This document shows positions 51,657 through 61,448 of a DNA stretch of 64,000 bases, one piece after another. A program made the translations under genes and the position numbers. Under the pieces are notes generated by a model. The model searched no databases. It saw only the letters and a program-made list of their open reading frames with translations, and was not told the DNA's origin. Every line of letters begins with the position of its first letter. Positions within the stretch are counted from its first letter, which is position 1. The stretch spans positions 384,001 through 448,000 of the forward strand of contig CAVOYH010000001.1 in NCBI GenBank assembly GCA_963700635.1, given 5' to 3'. This DNA comes from an uncultured Bacteroidota bacterium (GTDB lineage Bacteria > Bacteroidota > Ignavibacteria > UBA10030 > UBA6906).

Positions 51657-53624
51657 TTATTTACGGTTGATCTCAGCCATCAGCTGGACGGATGGCAGAT
51701 GATCCGGCCTCAGGCGAAGCACCGCCTGGATACGCTGGAGCGCCAGGTCGGACCGTCCGGACCGATACAGGGCAAGGGCCAGCAGATAACCGTTTTCCAC
51801 CTGCTCCGGCGGGGAGAGGGTATAGGTAAACATTCTTGAGTAGTGCTCTGCCGCCTCGGCGGGTCTGGACGTGCGGGCGGCGATATCGCCCAGTGCGCGG
51901 TATGCGAGCAGGGTTGGGCGGACAAGCAACGATTGCCGGAGTGTTGATTCGACTTCCATAATCCGGTTCTGGTCGAGGAGCAATCGGGCGAGCTGAAGGT
52001 AAGGTTCAACATTTACCCGGGGAAGTTGGTTGATGATGGTACGGTACTCGCGTTCAAGCGCAGGGAGGTTCCTCTGTACCGAGTAGAATGTCACGGCACG
52101 CTCGTGGGCCTGCAACCAGTGGATATGCCCGCGTGTTGCCTCGTCAGCGATCTGGCCGAGAGTGTCTGTCGCCGATATGGCACTGACCGGACTCTCCCCT
52201 TCCTGAAACGGCCAGGCGGTGATAAGCACTTCCGTGCGGCGGGATGCGAGCCGTTCGTCCAGCGCGGTCAGGTGCCGGTCTTCCCAGAAGGCCGCATCCG
52301 GAATGGTGTCCCGCCTCGCCCACTCAACGGGCGTTGCCATCAACCCGCGGGAACGGATCTGATGGACATATGCCCTGGCAAGGAGGAACTGTCCGTAGGA
52401 GGTCGGGTGGAGATGTTCGAGAATGAGGTCGCTGCCGATAATGCTGTCGCGGGAAAAGGCGGCGAACTCCTTTTCCATGTCCACAGCCATTCCATATCCC
52501 GAATCATCCATCGCCAGAATGACAGCGTTAAAGTCGGAACTGGTCCGGAAACGAAGCTCGTCAAGATCCCGGGCGCGCACATAGGAATGCCGCGCTTCAT
52601 CCGTGCGCCCGAGCGTATCAAGGGATTGTGCAATCCGGAAATGGGTTTCTGCGTGGTTCGGGAAGATCAGTCCCGCCGCACGATAGGCCGCGAGGGCGGA
52701 ATCAAACAAACCATTCATGGTGTGCGTCATGCCGGCATTAAACGCTCTGTGAAAATCGAGTTGCATTTCCGGAGGGAGCGTCGATGGATCGGCGGAAATG
52801 AACGGCGCCAGACCGCGCAGGTTCGACACCTGAGTGCCAAACAGTACGGGGACGTCGTGACGTGCGCAAATATCCCTGATCTCTCCGATATTGGCACGAA
52901 ACACGTCCAGGCCGGCACGGTAAAGATCACTGTCGACCGGAATGTACTGTCCGTGCGCGAGTTTCTCCATCATCGTGCTCCGCGTGTCGGCCGCGTTGCT
53001 GCCAAACCAGCCCGTGAACAATACATAGGCCGCGCGTGCCGCTTGATACAGCCGGAGATGGACAAGGCGCAGGGAAAGCTGCGAGAACCAGCGGGATTTT
53101 CCCAGCGATTCATGAGACGCGACCCCGAGGGCACCGTAAAACTCGTTGTGGCCGTCGTATACGATTACCAGATCGGGTTGATACCCAATGATCTCATCGG
53201 CCATGTCAAGAGCGGTGTAGCTGTTGGTTGCAGTCATACCCAGATTGATAACTTCAATCGTACGGTCCGGGAAAATCCGGGCAAGCCGGTCGCGCAGAAA
53301 TGAAGGGAAGGCACCATTGTACCAGTAGGGGAACCCGACGGTGGTGGACCCGCCGAGACAGAAGATGCGGTATGTGCCCTCCGGCTTCGGGTCCAGAAAG
53401 TAATCCGGAGATGTTGAAGGTGTGAACGACACGCGCGAAAAATACCGGTGTTTCACGCCGGGATTCATGATATGATACTCTGTTCCGTTGAGCACCTCAG
53501 TGGTGAAAAGATTCAGATCGGGTCCGAATCCAAGAGCCCTTAGTCCTCCCTCCATTGCGAGCAGAAAGAGGAAAGGGAAGGACACCATGAAGGCGAAATA
53601 CCAGCGGCGGCGGGAAACGGTCAT
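51657..53624 (-). CDS. Membrane-anchored SGNH-hydrolase-like protein with TPR repeats (paralog 2)
   Basis: N-terminal TM; CLGGST, INLG, YDGHNEFYG, DELRFR, EHLHPT; TPRs; convergent with paralog 1. Confidence 0.82.
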   Translation of the reverse strand: MTVSRRRWYFAFMVSFPFLFLLAMEGGLRALGFGPDLNLFTTEVLNGTEYHIMNPGVKHRYFSRVSFTPSTSPDYFLDPKPEGTYRIFCLGGSTTVGFPYWYNGAFPSFLRDRLARIFPDRTIEVINLGMTATNSYTALDMADEIIGYQPDLVIVYDGHNEFYGALGVASHESLGKSRWFSQLSLRLVHLRLYQAARAAYVLFTGWFGSNAADTRSTMMEKLAHGQYIPVDSDLYRAGLDVFRANIGEIRDICARHDVPVLFGTQVSNLRGLAPFISADPSTLPPEMQLDFHRAFNAGMTHTMNGLFDSALAAYRAAGLIFPNHAETHFRIAQSLDTLGRTDEARHSYVRARDLDELRFRTSSDFNAVILAMDDSGYGMAVDMEKEFAAFSRDSIIGSDLILEHLHPTSYGQFLLARAYVHQIRSRGLMATPVEWARRDTIPDAAFWEDRHLTALDERLASRRTEVLITAWPFQEGESPVSAISATDTLGQIADEATRGHIHWLQAHERAVTFYSVQRNLPALEREYRTIINQLPRVNVEPYLQLARLLLDQNRIMEVESTLRQSLLVRPTLLAYRALGDIAARTSRPAEAAEHYSRMFTYTLSPPEQVENGYLLALALYRSGRSDLALQRIQAVLRLRPDHLPSVQLMAEINRK

Positions 53625-53656
53625 ATGGTCTCTATGAGGAAGATTGGGAACAGGTT

Positions 53657-56600
53657 ATGAAATATACGAGCTTCTCTGTGGAAAGCAAAACGGTCCGTGA
53701 TGTGTTTGTGCTCGGCGTTGCAGCACTTCTCCTGTCGGGAACAGCAGGCGCGCAGGACAGTGTTGATGTGACATTCCGGTATACGGTCGCCGGGAAATCC
53801 GCTGTCTCCGTGCCCGGCGAGTTTAATGGGTGGAGCACGACGGCTGCACCCATGACAAATATCGGCGGAGATGTCTGGGTCCGGGTTGTCCGCCTCCGCG
53901 TCGGCGGAAATCCCTCTCCCCCGGCCGCCGGTGTGCCGGGGGCATGGCAATACAAATTCTGGTACACCGGTGCTTCCCCCTGGCCGAATGACCCGTTGAA
54001 TCATCATCAGAATTCAGCCGACAACAACAATACGTTTCTCTATCTCCGGGATCCGACCATCTATCAGTTTGTCCCGAATCAGCGGACCGGGATTCAGTCC
54101 ACTGTCACCCCTACAATCTCGGCCTACATTTTCCCCAGGGTGGGCGGTACGGTGGATACGTCAACCCTGCGGCTCACCATCGATGGTGTGTTGCATGAAG
54201 GGGTGGGAAGTCTGTACAATCCGGCCACGCAACAGTTTGTGTTCACTCCGACGACGCCGCTCACGAACGGAGACCACACGGTCATCCTGTACGCCGGAAC
54301 GTCCGCTGACACGGTTCGCTTTGCCACGAGCGCAGGTTTTGTGCGGATTACGACGCGCGGTGGTTTCTCGACCATCAGCCCCGTACGCACACTGCGCGGT
54401 CTTGTACAGGATACCGCATCAACCGATGTCTGGATCGTGCGCAACGGAACGGACACAACCCTGGTGCAGGCGCTGGGCGGACGCTGGACTGTCACGGACA
54501 CCCTCACGCCGGGGGTGAACGAGTTTCGTGCTCTGGCTGATTCAGCCGGGGTGCGCATCGCCTCTGATCCGGTCACGATCACCTATGCCGTATCGCGCGC
54601 TCCCCGGGCAGCTGCCACGGCTTCGCTGCTCGCCGGCTCAGTGATGCTGAGCACGACCGGATCTACTGATCCGCAGGGGCTGCCTCTTGCAGGCTTCCAG
54701 TGGCTTGACGATCCGGCAGTTCCTCTTGGACTGAACGGAAAGAGCGGAAGTTCAGAAGTCGTGCCGCTCCCTTCCACGCCGGGAGAATACTATTTTGGCC
54801 TTATCGTGCGTGACCAGGAGGGCCTGGCCGACACCATTCGTTCCTACTTTATCCTGACGGGTGAGGGGACGATCATCAACCCCACCGTGTCGATGAATCC
54901 TGAATGGGCGCGGAAGGCTCGCGTGTATTTCCTCTTCCCGAAGGCAGCCTCGCAGGAGGGGACGATCAACGGTGCGGCCCAGCACCTCACCCACATCCGC
55001 GATTTGGGCTTCTCCGTGATCTGGTTGATGCCTGTGATGCGCAATGCATTTCCGATCAATACCGGTTTCGGGCCGGGCTACAATATTACGGACTTTTACA
55101 ATGTCGCGCCGGAATATGGAACAAATCAGGATTTTAGAAATTTTGTGGATCAGGCTCATACGCTGGGCATGAAAGTGATCCTGGATATCACGCCCAACCA
55201 CTCGAGCCGGTCACACCCCTGGGCTGTTGACGCGCGTGCATACGGAGAGGACTCGCCGTACTGGAGCTGGTATGAACACACGATGATTCCGCACAATACA
55301 AACGGACTCGGGCAATCTTTCGACCAGTACGGGTTCACCTACTATTCCGGATTCAGCGACCAGCTTCTGAATCTCAACTGGGCCGATCCTGACCTGCGGC
55401 AGGAGATGATCCGGATGCTGACATACTGGATACGGGAGTTCGGCGTGGATGGATACCGGTTTGATGTCTACTGGGGTCCGCACAGGCGATATGGCGAAAT
55501 AGCCATGGGACAACCGGTTCGTGACGCGCTGAAAAGAGCGAAGCCTGATATTCTCCTTCTGGCGGAGGATGATGGCACGGGGTCAGGGACGGAAGTGATC
55601 TATGCCGATTACAGCTATCAGGGCGTACACGGCGGTGTGGATGCGGCATACGATTTTAAACTGTACTTCGATCAGATCCGGGGTTTCAACAACACGGCGG
55701 CCGCCATTACGGCGCTGCATGCCGACATTGACAACAGCGGATTCTTCCCCGGCGAGCATGCCCTGTACATGCGGTTTATGGAATCCCAGGACGAAGACCG
55801 GATCGTCTATTTTTATTCGGGGGCGTTTCAACTTGATGCCACGACCACGTTCCGGAAGACCATGCCTGTGGCCACGGTGTTGTTTACCGCCCCCGGTTTC
55901 CCCATGCTCTGGAACGGACAAGAAGTGGGCTGGGGATACGGGATAAGCGGTGCAAAAGAGGCGCGGGCGAGGAGTATTATCAACTGGTTCTATCAGGGGC
56001 GTGGCCTGCTCGCACCACACTATCAGAAACTGGCGACGCTTCGCGGGGCCTTCCCCGCATTCACCGAACCCAAACGTGATACCAACCTTGATGGCCGCGT
56101 GGATGGGAACGATGCGTCGATCTTCGTCCGGTGTCCGACGGGGAATGCACTGGTCTATGGTTTTGTCCGTCCGTTCCTTGGACAGAATGGCGTGACGGTT
56201 GTGAATGTCTCTGATGTGGAACAGGTTGCCGTCCTGGATCTGAGCGAAACCTCCGGCATACTCTTTCCGGACGAAATCAGACCGTCATCTCCCGTCTATC
56301 TTAATGATCTTTTAGGGAGTGAAACCACGTTAACCACGCTGGGAGCACTTGCGGCCGTTCCGGTCACGTTGCCTGCCTACGGGAGCAAGGTGTATACGGT
56401 TTCGCTGACCGCTGATACCCTGAAGATTGCCAATCCTATTCTGAGCGTGCGGGAGACCGGTCAGACACCGGGCCGGTTCTTTGTGTACCCCAACTACCCG
56501 AATCCCTTTAATCCGTTGACGGTGATTTCCTTCGACCTGCCGGGCGAAAGCAGGGTGATCGTTACCGTGCACGACATTCTCGGACGTGAGATTGCCAGAT

Positions 56601-56761
56601 TGCTTGATGCCGAGCGGGGAGCAGGACTTCATCGTGTTGAGTGGGACGCCCGCACCGGGGGAGGAAGATCCGCCGCATCAGGAATATATTTTGCCCGCGT
56701 TACTGCCGGGAACGGGACATCCAGGCTTTCGCACACCCACACCATGCTCCTGTTGAAGTGA
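53657..56761 (+). CDS. Secreted GH13 alpha-amylase-family enzyme with N-terminal CBM48-like and Ig-like domains and a T9SS CTD
   Basis: VPGEFNGW..WQYKF; LGFSVIWLMP, GY.ITDF, DITPNH, GYRFD, LLAED, ESQD, PMLWNGQE; CTD NYPNPFNP..SGIYF..MLLLK. Confidence 0.9.
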   Translation: MKYTSFSVESKTVRDVFVLGVAALLLSGTAGAQDSVDVTFRYTVAGKSAVSVPGEFNGWSTTAAPMTNIGGDVWVRVVRLRVGGNPSPPAAGVPGAWQYKFWYTGASPWPNDPLNHHQNSADNNNTFLYLRDPTIYQFVPNQRTGIQSTVTPTISAYIFPRVGGTVDTSTLRLTIDGVLHEGVGSLYNPATQQFVFTPTTPLTNGDHTVILYAGTSADTVRFATSAGFVRITTRGGFSTISPVRTLRGLVQDTASTDVWIVRNGTDTTLVQALGGRWTVTDTLTPGVNEFRALADSAGVRIASDPVTITYAVSRAPRAAATASLLAGSVMLSTTGSTDPQGLPLAGFQWLDDPAVPLGLNGKSGSSEVVPLPSTPGEYYFGLIVRDQEGLADTIRSYFILTGEGTIINPTVSMNPEWARKARVYFLFPKAASQEGTINGAAQHLTHIRDLGFSVIWLMPVMRNAFPINTGFGPGYNITDFYNVAPEYGTNQDFRNFVDQAHTLGMKVILDITPNHSSRSHPWAVDARAYGEDSPYWSWYEHTMIPHNTNGLGQSFDQYGFTYYSGFSDQLLNLNWADPDLRQEMIRMLTYWIREFGVDGYRFDVYWGPHRRYGEIAMGQPVRDALKRAKPDILLLAEDDGTGSGTEVIYADYSYQGVHGGVDAAYDFKLYFDQIRGFNNTAAAITALHADIDNSGFFPGEHALYMRFMESQDEDRIVYFYSGAFQLDATTTFRKTMPVATVLFTAPGFPMLWNGQEVGWGYGISGAKEARARSIINWFYQGRGLLAPHYQKLATLRGAFPAFTEPKRDTNLDGRVDGNDASIFVRCPTGNALVYGFVRPFLGQNGVTVVNVSDVEQVAVLDLSETSGILFPDEIRPSSPVYLNDLLGSETTLTTLGALAAVPVTLPAYGSKVYTVSLTADTLKIANPILSVRETGQTPGRFFVYPNYPNPFNPLTVISFDLPGESRVIVTVHDILGREIARLLDAERGAGLHRVEWDARTGGGRSAASGIYFARVTAGNGTSRLSHTHTMLLLK

Positions 56762-56852
56762 GAGAATATTGATCCTCCGCGCACGACCCGGTATGCGCGA
56801 TCCGTCGTGGTCCGTGCGGCCATTGTATCGACAAGAGAGAAGAGGCAGAGAG

Positions 56853-59485
56853 ATGACAGTTCTCAGACGTGTACTGACCGTAGTCTGCGCGGCACTCACG
56901 GCGACTATGGTCCAGGCCCAACCGCAGGAGGTTTCCGGCGGTGTCCGTTTTACCTATCCGGCCGGAAGCGAAACCTCGGTCTCGGTTCTGGGCGATTTTA
57001 ACGGATGGACGAAAGACGAGCATCCGCTGCAGAGGAGCAACGGCGAATGGTCGGCGGTGTGTCTGTTACGTCCGGGCGTGTATCAGTACAAGTTTCTGAT
57101 TGACGGAACCCGCTACGAGAACGATCCCGGGAATCCGGTGCACGTTGACAACTTCAACCGGTCCTCGAAGAATTCCGTTTTCGTTATTACGCAGAATGGC
57201 GGCTTGCTTCTGGCTGCGGAAGCTCCCGCGTCTCCCCGTAATCCGGAAGACCTGTATCCGGCATCAACCGGCCGCCAGCCGGTCTATCTCAACATCATCT
57301 GGCATCAGCACCAGCCCCTCTACGCAAACCCGGAGACGGATCAGCTTGCGGCGCCCTGGGTGCGCACTCACGCGACGAAGGACTACTATGACATGGCCTC
57401 GATGCTGCGTGAATATCCCCGTGTCCATTGTACGGTAAATCTCACCACATCCCTGCTTCATCAGCTCAGGGAATATTATCTTGCCCGACTCGGGCCGTAC
57501 ATTGATCTGCGTGCGGGGACGATCGATGTGGCGGGTTTCTGGAAACAGTGGAAGGGGAAGACCGATCCGTGGATTGACATGGCGCTGACGCCCGCGGCAG
57601 ACTACACGGAGGTCCAGCGTGCTCATCTTTATAGAGACGCCTGGAGTGCGTTCGGCATCAGCGAAGTGATGATCGAACGTTTTCCCGCATACAAACTGCT
57701 CCGTGACCGCCTGCAGGCGGTGAAAACGCCCGGTCAGAATCTTTTCACCACAGAAGAAGAACGTGAGATTCTGTTCTGGTTCTATCTTGCGTATTTTGAT
57801 CCCGATTTTTTGCGCGGAGCAGTGCCGCTGCCGGGGGGGACTGTCTGCGACTTGCGGGAGTATGTGGACGAACATGAGGATGGCACGTTCCATCTCCGCC
57901 GTCCGGTCACCGATGAAGATTGCAGGCGGCTGGTCGTGGAGTCGTACAAGGTAATGGCCGCGGTGATCCCGGTGCATCGTTCGCTCCGGTACAACCCGAA
58001 CAAGCACACAGGACAAATCGACATCATCACGACACCGTTTTATCATCCTATCCTTCCCCTGATCTATGATTCCGAACTGGCCCGGATCTGCCAACCGCAG
58101 GATTCTCTGCCCGCGCGGTATGCCTATCCTGCTGATGCCGAAGCACAGGTCATCAAGGCGATTCGAATGTACCGGGAGATCTTTGGAGAACCGCCCGCCG
58201 GCATGTGGCCCGGAGAGGGTTCGGTGGCGCAGCCGATTCTTGAAATCCTGCGCGCGAACGGGATACTCTGGACGGCAAGCGATCGGAAGGTTCTGGTCCG
58301 GTCCCGGCCGCCCGGCAAACCCAACACGTCTGCTTTCAGCTTTCCCGCAGGTCCCGACCGGCATGGCGCTGGTGTTCCGCGACACGGAACTCTCGGACCG
58401 GATCGGTTTCAAGTACCAGTCGATGGACGGCGAAGCTGCCGCAGAAGATTTTGTGCAGAGCATCCTGGATCTTGCCCCGCTCGAGGCTGAGCCCGAGGTG
58501 CTGATCACCGTCATTCTCGACGGCGAGAACGCCTGGGAGTGGTATCAAAAAGACAATGACGGGAAGATATTTCTCCACTCGTTATACCGAAAACTCTCGG
58601 CCCTCTACGCGCAGGAGCGGATTATCACCGTGACGATGAGCGAGTATCTGCAGGGTAATCCGCAGCGCAAGATTCCGGCCCATCCGATTCGGAACCTTCC
58701 GCAGATGGAATGGCTCTGGCCGGGTTCATGGATCAACGGCAACTATGATACGTGGATCGGCGAAGGGGAAGAGAATCAAGCATGGGAATACCTGCTCCAG
58801 GCACGCGAGTGATCTCGCCCGGTCGGGGATCCCTTCCCCTGATCCGCGTTCGGATGCACCGCGCACGGGAACGCGCGAATGGCACGCGTATATGGCATGG
58901 GAAGAGATGTATGCATCGGAAGGCTCGGACTGGTTCTGGTGGTACGGATCCGATCAAACGGCTCCCGCGGGGGACAAGCCGTTTGATACGGCCTACCGGG
59001 CGCATCTTCAGAACGTGTACCGGTTCGCGCGCCTTGCAGGGGGAACCATGCCTGACCGGACATTCGCGTCGATTCTCGCGGAGGAATCTGACGTCACTTC
59101 CGCCGTGGATGCTGCGGCGGCGGGAAAAGGGGCGATGGCGCGGGCCAGCGCTCCCGCGGCGACGGTGGTGTTTGTCTGCGACGCTTCCGGCCAGAAGGTG
59201 ACACGCGCTCTCTACGTGGCCGGTGATCACACCCTCCTCGGTGCCTGGGTCCCAAACAGTGTTCCTATGCGGGACGATGGACAGGAGGGTGATGCAGTCG
59301 CCGGAGACGGACTGTGGACGCTGCGCGTTGTCCTGCCCGCCGGCATCACCATATCGTACAAATACACGAACAGCGGGACTCCCGGGCAATGGATGCCCGG
59401 CGACGAGTCTCCCGGGCGTAACCGTACGCTGACGATTCTTGAATCTCCACAACCACTCATTATTCATGACCGATTCGGACAGTAA
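56853..59485 (+). CDS. GH57 amylopullulanase-like enzyme with N-terminal CBM48-like and C-terminal CBM20-like domains; split by two +1 frameshifts
   Basis: Signal peptide; GDFNGW..YQYKF; WHQHQP, HPILPL, GMWPGE, FRD.ELSD.IGF, ILDGENAWE, EGSDWFWWYG. The three ORFs join at ~58354 and ~58807. Confidence 0.85.
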
Positions 59486-59491
59486 CTGCCT

Positions 59492-61441
59492 ATGAAAACG
59501 TATGCTCCACCCAGAGCCCTCGATCTCGTCGAGGAAGCACTCAAGCGCAAAGTCAAAGATACACGCCTGCGAAAATATTCATACTCGGTCCCGTCGTTAT
59601 GGGGATCGGGACGGGGCAAGCCGAAAACAGTAAAGGTCCATCCCTACGGGTACTTCCTCGGCGTCATCAAAAAGATCAAGAGCGTCAAGGCAACAAAAAT
59701 CATCCCCTCGGAAGGGGGCGCGTGGACCCGCGAGGCGGTTATCTACAATCTGTTTATCCGGACCACCACGGCCTTTGATCATAACGGAAACGGAAAGCTC
59801 GATCTCCCGGTGAATGGTAATGGCCTGCGCGAAACGGGCACGTTTCTGAAAGCGATGGCCATGCTGCCGTACATCAAACGCCTGGGTGCAAACACCATCC
59901 ACCTTCTCCCCATCACATCCATCGGGCATGACGGAAACAAGGGGACGCTGGGGTCACCGTATGCAATCCGGAACCCGTATGAGCTGGACGAGCATCTGGG
60001 TGAACCATCTCTTGGACTGGATGTCAAGGTAGAGTTCCGCGCCTTTGTGGAGGCAGCCCATCGGCTCGGACTACGGGTTGTGCTGGAGTTTGTATTCCGG
60101 ACTGCCGCCAAGGATGGCGATTGGGTGAAGGAACACCCGGAGTGGATGTACTGGATCAAGGAGTCCGTTGCTCCGCGCGGATCAGGCGAGTCCGACCCCA
60201 ACACCTACGGAAGTCCGATTTTTACGCGTGAAGAGCTGGATCACATTCATCACGATGTCGATCATAACCGGATGGATGCATTGATCCCCCCGCACAAGGT
60301 ACATCGGGATTTCTTTACAGAGTCTCCTCTTTCAGAGAATGTGAAAAAAGAGAACGGCCGGTACATCGGCGCGCTGGCCGATGGAACACGCGTCCGGATA
60401 CCCGGCGCCTTTGCCGATTGGCCGCCGGATGATAACCAGCCGCCGTGGAACGACGTCACGTATCTGCGCATGTACACACACCCTGATTTTAATTATATCG
60501 GATACAATACCATCCGGATGTATGACACCCGCCTGGCCCAGCTCCAGTATGTCAACCGGCCGCTCTGGGATCGTATTGTCGGGATTATCCCTTATTATCA
60601 ACGTGAGTTTGCCATTGACGGGGTGATGATCGATATGGGTCACGCCCTCCCGATGGATCTAAAATCGGAGATGGTCGCCAAGGCCCGCAGTGCAGACCCG
60701 GACTTCGCATTCTGGGATGAGAATTTTGCCATTACACAACGGAGCTGTGAGGAAGGGTACAATGCAGTCTTCGGGTATATCTGGGTAGATCAACATCATC
60801 CGGATCGGATGCGGCGGTTTGTAGAACATCTTGCAACGAAGGGATTCCCCATACCGTCCTTTGCAACACCGGAGAGCCATAACACTCCGCGCGCTGCTTC
60901 CCGTTCGGGTGGCCTGGCCTACGCCCGGTGGGCGTTCTGCGTTAATGCATTTCTGCCGGCGATTCCGTTCATCCACTCGGGATTTGAGCTTGCGGAACGG
61001 TTCCCGATCAACACGGGGCTCGACTTCACGGCGGACGAGCTAAAAAAACTTCCGTCAGAAACACTTCCCCTGTTCAGTGAGTATGGCTATAACTGGCTGA
61101 GCGCCGAAGAATTCACCGGGATGATCACCGCGGTGCTGGCCATTCGAAAACGATATCAGACGATCGTGGTCGATCCGCATCCACGTGCATTTTCACTGCT
61201 CGAGGAGCCCAACCTCCGTATCCTCTCCTTCGAACGGCGCAGCGAGGACGGCCACACACGTTTGTCCGTTATCGGGAACATGGATTGTGAAGCTCCACAA
61301 TGGGCAGCGACAAAGATGCAAACCCATCGCCATACCCTTACGAACCTGCTCACCGGAAAAAGGGTGACGCTCACGGACGGGACCGTCCGCGTTGAACTCG
61401 CCCCCGGTGAGTGTCTCGTTATCGCTCATCAGGAGAAATGA
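59492..61441 (+). CDS. Cytoplasmic GH13 protein resembling Thermotoga maltosyltransferase, with atypical active-site residues
   Basis: ETGTFLK..LPYIK.LG, SPYAIRNPYELD, RTAAKD..EHPEW.YWIK, QPPWNDVTYLRMY, IDMGHALP and ESHNTPR; no signal peptide. Confidence 0.8.
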   Translation: MKTYAPPRALDLVEEALKRKVKDTRLRKYSYSVPSLWGSGRGKPKTVKVHPYGYFLGVIKKIKSVKATKIIPSEGGAWTREAVIYNLFIRTTTAFDHNGNGKLDLPVNGNGLRETGTFLKAMAMLPYIKRLGANTIHLLPITSIGHDGNKGTLGSPYAIRNPYELDEHLGEPSLGLDVKVEFRAFVEAAHRLGLRVVLEFVFRTAAKDGDWVKEHPEWMYWIKESVAPRGSGESDPNTYGSPIFTREELDHIHHDVDHNRMDALIPPHKVHRDFFTESPLSENVKKENGRYIGALADGTRVRIPGAFADWPPDDNQPPWNDVTYLRMYTHPDFNYIGYNTIRMYDTRLAQLQYVNRPLWDRIVGIIPYYQREFAIDGVMIDMGHALPMDLKSEMVAKARSADPDFAFWDENFAITQRSCEEGYNAVFGYIWVDQHHPDRMRRFVEHLATKGFPIPSFATPESHNTPRAASRSGGLAYARWAFCVNAFLPAIPFIHSGFELAERFPINTGLDFTADELKKLPSETLPLFSEYGYNWLSAEEFTGMITAVLAIRKRYQTIVVDPHPRAFSLLEEPNLRILSFERRSEDGHTRLSVIGNMDCEAPQWAATKMQTHRHTLTNLLTGKRVTLTDGTVRVELAPGECLVIAHQEK

Positions 61442-61448
61442 CACCACC

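Noticed and set aside
52026-53303. 425-aa plus-strand ORF (similarly 57264-58514 and 36740-37819 on the minus strand)
   Set aside because: Antisense to well-supported genes, with no motifs; expected in GC-rich coding DNA.
51640-53656. Invertible segment carrying SGNH-TPR paralog 2
   Set aside because: No flanking inverted repeats seen and no recombinase nearby.
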